DNA of 61,947 nt, the filler included. It is 9 parts of 9 records of this genome, joined end to end, with 100 filler letters (N's around TTAATTAATTAA, not from the genome) between each part and the next. Parts side by side here need not be neighbours in the genome. Positions count along the whole stretch, not along the records: positions 45,095 to 51,291 come from SRR7504441_6880; positions 51,392 to 56,281 come from SRR7504441_6881; positions 56,382 to 61,947 come from SRR7504441_6882; 6 more parts are not named here. One strand, written 5' to 3'. The notes under the pieces are model-generated. The model did no database searches. It had not been told where the DNA came from and worked only from the letters and a program-made list of their open reading frames with translations. The translations under genes were made by a program, and so were the position numbers. The number at the start of each line of letters is the position of its first letter. The first letter of the stretch is position 1. Below are positions 48,901-59,822 of the stretch, piece after piece.

Positions 48901-51114
48901 AAACACTGAGCTAGAGGAGTTGCAAGCAGCACATGAGAAGAGCTGCACTCAGGTGGAAGAACTGACGAGTAAATTGATCAAAGAACGGATGTGTACTGGG
49001 CTACGCGGATCTCTTGAGGTTATGCGCAGGCTTGCACAAGGGGTTCGTGGGCGGATGATCCATCATTGGCGAACTGCAATGATTGCTGAGAAGAAGGTGG
49101 CCACCGAGTACGAGTACCACGAAGGTCGCTTCCAGCGCAACCAGAAACAAATAGCTAGCTTGCGGAAAACGAAAGATGCTGGGGAACAGAGCATGTGGAA
49201 TCGAGTTCTGGACTTAGAGGAGGCTCTTAAAGCAGCCAAGGGCAAAGCAGCTGCATGCAAATTTGCGTATTTGATACTGGCGCATCGTACAGGGCTGGAG
49301 ACAATTTCAGGACATTCTGTACAGGACTTGGATAATCACAGCCAAACAGAGTGTGCTGTCATTCAGGAGCAGACACAGGAGAAAGCAACCGTGCTGAAAC
49401 GATCCATCGAAAAGGAGGAGTTCGCGGTGGCAGGTTTGCTTTCTGGTCTCGAAAAGAGTCGACGGGAGACACAATTGAGGCAAGAACGGTCAGTACTGGC
49501 TGATGTGGAGTCCAATCTTGCGCGACTCGAGCGATACAATCGAGCAAGGCGGTGGGACGCCCTGCCAAGTAAGGATGTGGACATGATGGTCTCAAAGCTG
49601 CAAGCATCAATCGAGACGGTGCAGGCCACAGCACAAGACGAAGCCGATGACTATGAACATGCAGACGATGAGGCAACAATGCTACAAGCGAGATCCCGGA
49701 TAGAAGCGTGTGATCACAAGGTTGAGACTATGGGCAACGAGTTAGAGGTGCTGCTAGCATATCAGCAACGCAGGACTGAGAAAGCAGAGCAGCTTCAATG
49801 GAGTCGAGATTGGTTCAGTGCCTTGAGAGCCAAGTACCAGCTCGATGAAGCGAGTAACAACGCTCAGGAGGCAGCTTGGATGCAAGAACAAATAGATTCT
49901 CTCGGAGCGCAGCTCCAGGAAGTGACGAAGGAGCAAGAGGCATCAATTATTCACCTGAAGAACCAACTTCAAACAGATTTAGAATCTCAAAAAGCTCAAC
50001 TTGAGAAAGAAGCTCAACAAGCGGCAGCTTCACTGCAAGCAGATAATAATCTACTCAAGCAGCGCTGTCGAGAGCTCGGCGAGCAGCTCGACAAGTTGCA
50101 AGGTCGGACGAGTCGCCCGCAGGATGACCAACTTAGGGAGCTTTTGGAACCTACAGGAGCTAAGAGTGCCAAGAAAGTGCAGGAAACTGACCATTTAGGA
50201 GCAAGAGAGGTAGCTCTACAGCAAGAGCAGCATGCCGAGGCACCAAAGGCGCGAGCATATTGGGACGATCCAAGCACGCAAACCTATGCATGTGAAGTTC
50301 CAAGAGAGCCAAACAGCGATGAAGTTGCGCCTGAAGTCCCTGGCCGATCTGTCGGAGGGACAGCGGAGGGATTGGCGCCCCCGTCAGGCCAGACACCAGG
50401 ACAACCACTAGAGAAGGCACTAGACCAACCTGGTCATGTAACAGAGCCCCATGGCACTTATCACAGGCGGCCAAGTGATAAGGAGAAGGCAGAGGAGCTG
50501 GCAGCAATGCTGCCAGAAGATAGAGCGGTAGCCTTAACTGCGATGTCATCAGAAGAGAAGGCGGCTACATTGACAGCACATATTGCGTCCATGTCTCCAG
50601 AGGATAGGGCAGTGGCACTTGTTTCGATGTCGCAAGACGAGAGAACTGCTGCATTGATTTCAATGGCCTCCGAAGAGAGGACTGCTGCCTGGGTATACCT
50701 CAGGAAGCCTTCCATACCGAAGACGTTAGCCTACCCCGCCCAAAGACGTCGCTGTCTAGCCCACTGACCCCTCCAATATCTCCACCAAAGATGCTGACCT
50801 CGATGAACCTGTCTCCCACCTTTGGTCCTCGTGGAGTTGTGGGCCGAGGTGGTCGGCTGCGCGATGGGCTTAGCAGGACGCCCACGCCAAGTCGCCTCAA
50901 CAAGCTGCGAGACACAGTGCAGACGCGCTGGCAGAAGAGTGCGGATAAAGTCGGCGACCATGTGCCTGCCAAATACCCTTTCCGAGCTGTAGATGTTTAC
51001 GAGTCGAATGCGGAGCAGCATGAGCCCTTGCAAGAACATCCGCTAGTCACTGAGTCTCACGTCGAGCCTGATCCGATGCATGCTCCGATGGTGACCTTGT
51101 TCAAAGATGAGTGA
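45964..51114 (+). CDS. very large coiled-coil protein of unknown function, multi-exon
   Basis: Three consecutive + ORFs (413, 1200 and 107 aa) overlap at intron-like GT..CAG segments. Glu/Gln/Leu-rich heptads with Trp-spaced helices. Confidence 0.65.
50507..50689 (+). repeat. ~12-aa degenerate tandem repeat (MSPEDRAVALxA-type) x5 in coding sequence
   Basis: MLPEDRAVALTA / MSSEEKAATLTA / MSPEDRAVALVS / MSQDERTAALIS / MASEERTAA. Confidence 0.85.
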
Positions 51115-51291
51115 GCCACACTGCATGTATAGCATACACTGTAGCGCTTACCTAGCACAGCGCAAGCTTGAGCGAAGTAAAATTACGAAAATTAATACTA
51201 GTACGTAAAAGAGTTGTAAATTAAATTACATGTCTCCCAAGTCGACGTCACTACAGTGTTGCCATGCCTATGCGCCTAATTTATGGCCATG

Positions 51292-51391
51292 NNNNNNNNN
51301 NNNNNNNNNNNNNNNNNNNNNNNNNNNNNNNNNNNTTAATTAATTAANNNNNNNNNNNNNNNNNNNNNNNNNNNNNNNNNNNNNNNNNNNN
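51292..51391. other. artificial contig spacer
   Basis: N44-TTAATTAATTAA-N44. Confidence 0.98.
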
Positions 51392-51503
51392 CGCTGAGCT
51401 CGCGCTCCGCCCGCAGAACATGATGAGAAATGCAAAAAAAAGACGACCGCTGGGAAAACCAGCGACCCGGCGTCACCGACAGCGGCCTCGTGCAGCAGGA
51501 CAC

Positions 51504-53401
51504 ATGCGGGGTGTTGTGGGCGGTAGAGGGTGCAGTCTGAGCCGGGCAGCGTGCTCGGCACTCAGGCCGGCCGGTGCCACCACGAATGCAAGTGTGGGCT
51601 TCTGCTCCGCGGCGGCAGAGCTCGGTGACCAGACTGCCGGACGGCGCTCTAACCAGATGCAGGCGGGCACGGATTCTCGATCGAAGGCGAGTCCCGCGAC
51701 GGCCGACCGTCCTACCTGGACATGCAGTCAACCACCCCGATCGACCCGAGAGCTCTGGACGCAATGCTGCCCTTCCTGACCAACTTGTATGGAAACCCGC
51801 ACTCCAGAACTCACGAGTACGGTTGGGAGACCGAGACAGCAGTAGAAGACGCGCGCCAGGTGCCAGCGCCTACAGATGGCCGCTCTGTGCCCTTGATGCG
51901 CCGCGACAGGACGTAGCAAATCTGATCACAGCGGATCCGAAGGAGGTGATTTTCACATCGGGTGCGACGGAGTCCAACAACATCGCTGTCAAAGGAGTCG
52001 CGAGGTATCAGCTCAGTCCTCCGGTGTGCAGCAAGGCAGACTGGCAGGTTTTACAGTGAGCGAAAGAAGCACGTAATCACCACCCAGACTGAGCACAAGT
52101 GTGTGCTGGACTCTTGCCGCCACCTTCAGGCGGACGGTTTTGATGTGACGTATCTGCCGGTCAACAGCGACGGTATGCAATCCGCCTGCAACGACGGGAT
52201 GGCCCGACCGAACGTGCGATGTGTGCGGCAGGTCTGGTGAGTGTTGCAGACGTTGAGGCTGCCATCCGGCCAGGAGAGACCAGCTTGGTGTCGGTGATGT
52301 TTGTCAATAACGAGATTGGAGTGGTGCCCAGACGAGCTGTCCGGTGTGAGCGTGACACCCACCCGACAGATTCAGCCTATTACGGAGATTGGAGCGTTGT
52401 GTCGGAAGCACAAAGTGTTCTTCCATACTGATGCTGCTCAGGTATCACCAACCTTTGTGCGGGCTAATCTTTCTACGTGTTGCATTGCAGGCTCTAGGTA
52501 AGATTCCAATCGATGTCAACGCAATGAATATTGATTTGATGTCTCTCAGTAGTCACAAGGTCTACGGTCCAAAGGTGAAGTTTGCTCACCTCTGCCTCCA
52601 TGCCTGATTGAAAGCATGAGACTACTCCCCATGTGGCGGTCCAGGGCACCAATCTTAATCACTCGGCAGGGAATTGGTGCACTTTATCTGCGACGGAGGC
52701 CTCGCGTCCGCTTGGAAGCTCAGATGAGTGGTGGTGGCCAGGAGCGCGGCTTGCGATCTGGCACACTAGCCCCGGCGCTGGTTGCTGGTTTTGGCAAGGC
52801 GTGTGCGATCGCACAGGAAGAAATGGAGCGTGATCACGAATGGGTCTCTTACCTTGCCCAGCGGATGGAGCATGGTGTCTTTTCACAGTGTGATCACGTA
52901 CGGGAACAGTAGCCCGCTTGGTGTCACCCCATCATTGCAGGTACAAATCAATGGGCACAAGGATCAGCGTTACCCAGGCAACCTCAATATGTCGTTCTCG
53001 TACGTAGAAGGCGAAAGTCTGTTGATGTCACTCAAGGAAATTTCGGTCTCGAGCGGTAGTGCTTGCACCAGTGCTTCCCTGGGTGTGTGACTGATGCCAA
53101 ATGCTCTAGTCTAATTCTCATTTGTCTTGCAGAGCCATCATACGTGTTGAGGGCGCTGGGTGTCGAAGAGGATGTTGCACATTCATCCTTGAGGTATGAA
53201 CCAGTGCAGTTTTATTGGCCGATTTGATGAGGCTTTGTGCAATTCAGGTTCGGCATTGGACGCTTCACTACAGAGAAAGAAGTGGACCGCGCAGTGGAAT
53301 TGGTAGTGAAGCACGTCGATCGTTTGCGCGAGATGAGTCCTCTTTGGGAGATGGTTCAAGAAGGGATTGATATCACGAAGATCGAGTGGACACAGCATTG
53401 A
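51504..53401 (+). CDS. NFS1: mitochondrial cysteine desulfurase, 10 introns
   Basis: Arg/Ser/Ala-rich presequence, [36 protein letters not shown] lysine [10 protein letters not shown], catalytic SGSACTS and C-terminus IEWTQH*. Confidence 0.97.
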
Positions 53402-53797
53402 TTGATCCCAAGGATTCAGTCTTGTAGAATGTACGAGTAGAAGCAAATTAATAGCAACTTCTTCGTAGCCGGCTTTTTCGGCAAACTCGTAGTAAACCTC
53501 GGACAATCACTTGAAACTAAGGCTATGCGGGCCTTAGGGCTCCGACCTTCTAATAGATGTACTTACATGTCAATCTCTTGAAAATGGTTTAAACTCATCA
53601 CATAAGTACTATCATTTTGGTTTTATTCAAATTTCAGATTTCTAGAGTGTGCACAAATGACATTGTCAATGCATATGTCATGCTTCAATGCATAACATTT
53701 ACATGTACTTTGTATAGATCTAGGTATACAGATCTGCTAGTCATACGAGTACATGCACATTCGAGTACACGAGTTCTGTGCTCAAGGCATTAATTGG

Positions 53798-56041
53798 TTA
53801 TCTCTTGTTGAAGTTTGTACTTGCTATTGCATTTCGGAGTGCTCTTTCCGGTGACAACGTCGTAGCAGAGCTGCTTAATTGAGCTTTGTTGGTAGTGGAT
53901 CTTAATGGGCTCTTTGTGGGTGACGGTTTCATTGGGCTTTGTGATACTGATTGCGATAAACTGGGAGACAAGGACAACGATGCACCACCACCCGGGCCAT
54001 GCTCGCGATGCCATGCGTTTGGAGATGTAGCATCACGTGCTAGCATTGACTTTGCCACATTGCGATTGTGCCTACTTTCTTCATACTTCAACTGCATTTC
54101 TACCAATCCATATTCAGGATTGCTGGGTGACTTGCGAGGTGACTTGTTTGGGGAGCTGCGAGGCGATCTGCGAGGTGACTTGTTCGGTGAGGCTCTACGA
54201 GACACCTTCACGGGAGACACCTTCACGGGGCTCTGGTGGCCTGGAGCATGCCTGGGTACAGGGCTTGCTTCATACTCCTCATTCTCCATGACAAGATCAA
54301 ACATTTGAGGTAGCCTACTTTTCAGCGCTTCATACTTAGCCTTCCACCTTTGCACTTCATTCTGAGAATCAAGCTGCTGTGATGTGTGGACTGGCTCTCT
54401 GGAGACAGCTACCGTCTTCTCACTTTCCTCTGTCAGCCTTTCAACGTGGTCACGGAGCCTATTACACTCCGCCTCCAATTCATCAACCTGTGCTGCCATA
54501 GTTGATGATCTCTGTTCACTTTCCCTTTGTGCTTGCATCATGATTGCGTGCCTTTTTGCATCTTCCATTACCTGCTGCTCTGCTCTCTTTGCTCGAGCTC
54601 TTAGTTCACAAATTGCTTCAGACTCATTTGCTTGGTCTGCCTGACTTTGTTTGATAAGGTGAGTCATTCGCTCGTTACACCAAGTGCTCAAGTGCTGAAT
54701 CTCGTTCATGTGATGCACCCCCAACCGGTCCCCTGGTTGGAAAGCTGACAATTTCGCAAATAGTGTGTTTGTACTGTTTTGAAGAGCCGCCAGTCCATCC
54801 TCAAGATTCTCTTCCTGAGCTCCGAAAGCATGCTCTGAGGCAGATTGATTCACGTGAGCAGTGATTTTCAGCTCTTTCGCACGAGTGGCAAATCTGAGAC
54901 TTGAGATTGTCTCTTCATAGTTGCTCCAATGTGGAGAGCACGCCACCAGGAGAGATGTCTTGGTATTGCCGCCGAGGCTGTCTTTTAGCAAGTGCGTTAG
55001 CTTGGAGTCACGATAAGGTACATGACCGCGAGCTGGTTCTGTGAGTGCTTGGATGCAGTTGCCAAGCGCTGACAGAGACTTGTTGATGCCCCTTGCCTCC
55101 ACTAGTTGTCCGCCGCTTGCTCGACTCTTGTGCACCTTTTCACTCCCCGCAAGGTCCACCATTACGAGCTTCCCAGTGATCACCATACCATCTTCAAATG
55201 ACTGCTCGACAAGCATCGTGACCAAACTGTGGCTCCGTGAACTCCTTTCGCTCATGTCGGTGTGAGCCACTGAGCGAGCTTTGTCTGCGGCTACTACATA
55301 CCGCATCATCTCAACTTCTGATTGCACCACCGCCTGCGTCAGATTATCCACCCACACACCCTGGTTCGGGGTCTCTCGCAGCTTGAGGCTGCTCTCCGAG
55401 TGGCTCATCATATCATAAAGCTGCTCCTGATAGATCTGAAGGAACGAGCACGTGATTTTGACGGTGGCGCCTTCCTCCTCCCTGTTCCTGGCTTCCCCAA
55501 ACACCTGCGCACAGACGCGAGGAATGGCCCCCTGCAGCACTGGGTCCCGAAGCCGTTTGGGCGGACCCTGCATCGTGTAACTTTTCCCGGCGCCGGTCTG
55601 ACCTAACCCCCGGCCATCACTCAACGGCGGACGAGGTCTCAGCCACCGTAGGCCAGAATGGTCCCATTGTAGCCCATGAGCACGTCGTCCACAGCAGGCG
55701 CCACAGCGTAGTCGTACACCTCCCTTTGACCCGCCTGACACCGCTGCGCTCAGGCACCGAGCGCCGGCCGGCTGCACAACGTGACCCAGGGCCAGCCAGG
55801 GGCGGCCACCTCCTCAGCGAAAATGTGGTCGAAGTGGAAGTACAGCTTCTCCAAGTCGTAGAAGCCCACCACGGTGGTCTTGCTCCCGATGATGAAGCCT
55901 TTACTCAGCGCCTCGGGGCGCTTGTCCTGGTCGATCCGCTTCTCGCGCTCGTTGAGCGGCCGAAACCTGGCGCACGCTCGGCACCGCTGGCAGCGTGACG
56001 GGTGCCCACCTGATCGCCACTCTGACCGGCTCGGACGACAT
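53798..56041 (-). CDS. N-terminal-motor kinesin (kinesin-1-like) with coiled coil and SP-rich tail, 3 introns
   Basis: VRVAIRFRPLN, GYNGTILAYGQTGAGKS, SSRSHS, DLAGSE and HVPYRDSKLTHLLKDSLGGN. Confidence 0.95.
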
Positions 56042-56281
56042 GATGACAGCCTCCTCAGGCGCGTGCCGCGGCCCCCCGAATCAAACAGAGAATTTAGATG
56101 ATTTGTGGGGAGCCGAAGCATGCGCGCAAGCTCAACCATGGCGCAGTGACTGAGAATTGACGAATTGAAGGCATCATTGCAGCTTGATCGCTTGATTGAT
56201 ACTCGTAGAGCCGCAAAGCTGCGGCCCCCGAAGTTGCAATTGCTGCGCATATGTGAGGGCAGACGGCGGCTTTGTGCTCAT

Positions 56282-56381
56282 NNNNNNNNNNNNNNNNNNN
56301 NNNNNNNNNNNNNNNNNNNNNNNNNTTAATTAATTAANNNNNNNNNNNNNNNNNNNNNNNNNNNNNNNNNNNNNNNNNNNN
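56282..56381. other. artificial contig spacer
   Basis: N44-TTAATTAATTAA-N44. Confidence 0.98.
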
Positions 56382-56585
56382 AATGCAGTGCACGTGCTGG
56401 CCAGTCTTGCTAAATACGAGGAGTACAGCGAAGCTCTGGCGACAGCTGGGGCTGTGTCAGCGTGTGTTGATGTGCTAAACCAAGGGCCGGATGCTGCCAA
56501 GAGGAATGCAGCATGCGTGTTGGCCTACTTCCTGGAGCCGGATGACTTCAAGGTCAAGTGCAATCAGGCCTTCAAGGGCGCGTAA
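56382..56585 (+). CDS. 3' fragment of an armadillo-repeat protein
   Basis: LATAGAVSACVDVLNQG-DAAKRNAACVLA matches the ARM consensus. Confidence 0.6.
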   Translation, partial: NAVHVLASLAKYEEYSEALATAGAVSACVDVLNQGPDAAKRNAACVLAYFLEPDDFKVKCNQAFKGA

Positions 56586-56832
56586 TGGGCGTCTCACTAC
56601 ATGATTGAATGAAGCGTCATCAGGATGATGCGCCATCACAAATTATATACTAGTACGACTATAGATCTTGCACGGCCATTGCCGATTCTGTACTTGGTTT
56701 ATTAATTTTATAAGCACTCAGCTGCAGAGTAATAAAAAATCACAATCTTTGGCCAGTAGCTACAAGCTACGTGTACATGTAGCTAGCCGCTAAGCTGGGC
56801 CAACCCCCAGGCTCCTCTCCGCGTAGTCGCAA

Positions 56833-58579
56833 TCAGGAGCTGTATTTCTCGCGCATCTTTTGGAGTAGTTCGTCCTCCCTCCCCTGATAGCCTCGAAGTA
56901 GCTTATCTGCCGTGCGGTCAGCCCAAACCCGACCAGCCAGTCACCGATCGATCCATCCTCGAGCTTGCTCGGGTTGTGCACAGCATAAAGCTTCTCCATC
57001 TCAGCCCGGTAAAACGCCAAATCCTCCGCGGGTGCAGCAGCAGGTGCATTCGCCTGCCCAGGCTGGCCCAGGCCCAACCCGAGTCACACCTCAGCCTTCT
57101 TCGCAGCCCTTGCAGCGGCCTTGCTCTTCTTGTTCAGATCGTGGAACCCCTCGTAGATGGCGTTGGCGTCCGCCTTTGACCCACCCATGGCTACTATGTT
57201 TTTCTCAAAGTCGCACCAGTGTTCAACCGCGAATAATTTACCCGAGTACTTGAGTTGAGCAAGCTGGGCAAACCTGCCGCCCTCGAGTTGCTTGACCCAG
57301 GAGTTGAACTTGGCCTTGGACCACTGCTCCGGCCCGACAAATTGCTTCTTCTGCTTCTCCAGCCGAGAGATCTCCACCATCTCCATGGCGTAATGCAGCG
57401 TGTTGCGTGTGTGAGGCAGCATCGAGGCCAGCGGCGCAATGTGCGCTATAAACACTGCGCTGCAGTTGCTCGATGCTCGTTGCTCGAAGCACTCCTTGAG
57501 CAGCATGGTCAGTTTGGCGTTCCGATACGGCACGTGCGCCGGCTTGCCGCCCCTAGCGTTCTGAAGGTTAACTTGAATGCACTGCTTGAGACAGGCCAGT
57601 GACCAGTTAATCTCTTTTGACTCGGCAACCCGCTCCACAGAGTGGTCCATCTGCCGGGGGCAGTCAGCCCCTACCCGGCACCGCCAGCACACCATGTCCT
57701 CCTTGCGCTCGGACCCGGCAAGATCCACTATATGCACCGAGCCTGCCTGGCCCGGCACACGCATCACACACACTGAGTGCGACCGACTAGAGTGCGAATT
57801 CGCCATGGTGGCCTCCGTCCGGCGCCGGCCAGAAGCTGCCCGGTCCACTGGCACGGGCCCGGGGAGGGGGCACCGGTGGCCATGACGGCGTGCAACTGCT
57901 CGAGAGAACCGAGCTCCACCTCGTGGAGGCCGGCAACCACCATCTTGCCGTCGCCGGCCTCCCTGATCGGCAGCGACGAGTCGCGGTACTCGTCCCCGCT
58001 CCCGGCAGCCAGCAGATCGTAGTTGTCGTCGCCGCAATTCTCGAATATCGAGAGGGCCAGCCCAGCGCCATGGCTGTGCTCGAGCAGACGCCGCCCGGCC
58101 TCCAGTTGCACTCGCTGCTGAGTGTACGTCTTACCAGATCCGGTCTGGCCGTATGCTACCGCGAACCCGGTCCCGCCCTCCTGCCACCGGGCCACCACCG
58201 CGCTGACGATCTGGTCTGTGATCTCGTCGTCCGGCTGGTTCGGCCCAAACGCTTGGTGGAGCTGGTACCGCTTGTGGGTGAGCTCACCGGTGCATTCGCC
58301 AACCGCCAGCTCGGGCTCGTGGAGATAAACCGCGTCCGGGGGGACCACCGTGGCCACCTCGTGCTCGGCCACGGACACCAGTCGGCGGCGACTCTCCACG
58401 CCCAGCCGCTCGTCGTCCAGCAACGGACGGAGGCGCGCACAGACCGCGGTCCCGGCGATCGGGAGCGGAGGGGCCGGGTTGCCGGACGGCCCGACGGCCC
58501 GCCACTCGTCAACTTGCTGCTGCAGCCGCACAGCCAGCTCAGCCTGGGCGGCGCTCGCCTCGTAGTGCGAGTTGTCCAT
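56833..58579 (-). CDS. kinesin-13/DSK1-like kinesin with small C-terminal helical domain, 4 introns
   Basis: VCARLRP, AYGQTGSGKT, SSRSHS, DLAGSER, EINWSLACLKQCI and HVPYRNAKLT-LLKECF. Tail reads LYAVHNPSKL---IDKLL--YQGREDELL-KMREKY. Confidence 0.9.
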
Positions 58580-58768
58580 TTGTATTAAAAAGTAACGGAC
58601 TCGCCCCTCCCTTGCATTGCACAATGTGATGATTGTATTGTACGATTGTATTGCTAATCGCATGTATATCTAGCACTCATCTATGATTGTATAAAAGACG
58701 CGGGTTCGGCTGATATTCGAACCGCAGGGCAGCCAGCAAAGCTAATGAGTCATCAGCTCAATACGTGC

Positions 58769-59741
58769 TTACTTGCACACGACCACGGTGTGCTTCCCAA
58801 CCCAGGTCTCGCCTGCCGGCACCACCGCCGGCACGCTCCCCACCGCCGGCTCGATACAGGCGTAGTTGGCCCACTCGCCCGCCCCGAGGTCGGCCATTCC
58901 TCCTGCCTTCTCCTCTCCAATGTTCCACACAACCCAATCAGGAAAGTTCTCTTTATACTGCCCCCACAGCTGAGCCCTATCACAGCCAGCCGCGCACCAG
59001 CTCGAGCACCGGCGTGCCCTTCTCCAACAGAGCAACCTTGTCCGCAGCCCCGCCGAAGAAGAGTTCGGTCTCCCCTCGGAATGGCACGTCACCTTCGTGA
59101 GTTTCGGCGCCGCCGAAGCTGCTCCCGACCCCAACGTCCTTCTTGCAGCCGTCCAGTCCGACCACCGTGCAGTCCGACACGCTGGCGCACTGCCAATAGC
59201 CGTGCAGCGCTCCTGTGAACTCGATCGGCTCTCCGCCCTTGTTCTGTACAGACAGCTCCATCGTCAGCGCCTTGGACTCCAGCCTAACGATGTACCTGCC
59301 CCAGTATCCACACTCTGCTACCGGGCGTGCCGCCCACCGGAGCACGAACTCGGCTGGCCAGGCCTCACGCATCGCGTCGTCCGGTTGGAGCTCGAGCGTG
59401 GCAGAAGCGGCGGTGTGGTCCACTAGCTTCCACAGCTCAGACGTCCGCACGAACCCATGTTTCTTGCCCGGGGCAGCCGCGGCGGTTGTGAACTTGCCGA
59501 ACCTGCCCACAGAGTCGCCCGTGCCGCCGGGCGCGGATCACTGTGGCCAGCAGATCGGGACACCCCCTCGGACGGCCTTGCCCGGCACGTCGATGTCGGC
59601 TTTACTCGAGACGAACAGCTTCTCCTCGCCGGCAACGGTCCAGTGCAACACGTGCGCCGCGTACACGCTGATCTCGCACTCTGCTCCCTCCGTCGCCAGC
59701 CGTACCCGCCCGGCCATCTCGGCTGCGTCGCGTTTTGCCAT
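58769..59741 (-). CDS. glucose-6-phosphate 1-epimerase (aldose 1-epimerase family), 3 introns
   Basis: AVRGGVPICWPQFG, HGFVR---W, FTGALHGY, DWVVWN and CIEPA. Confidence 0.93.
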
Positions 59742-59822
59742 GATCTGAGCGGATTAACGGCAGCGGACGAAAGATCCGTTGGCTACGACTGTAGCGCCTC
59801 CTCCACCGTTCTCTCGTCGCGA

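Noticed and set aside
51504-53401. Frameshifts and stops suggesting pseudogenes, recoding or an alternative genetic code
   Set aside because: All are resolved by canonical short introns. TAA, TAG and TGA all serve as terminal stops in the window.
55735-55809. 75-nt kinesin intron with an internal CAG at the midpoint, a possible nested or twin intron
   Set aside because: Two-step removal using the internal AG does not restore the reading frame; a single longer intron suffices.
10818-56381. Regularly recurring TTAATTAATTAA flanked by N runs, resembling a repeat or mobile-element end
   Set aside because: Identical 100-nt six-frame-stop spacer; an assembly concatenation artefact.
53798-58579. 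Two neighbouring kinesin genes as a tandem cluster
   Set aside because: A spacer at 56282-56381 separates them, and they belong to different subfamilies.
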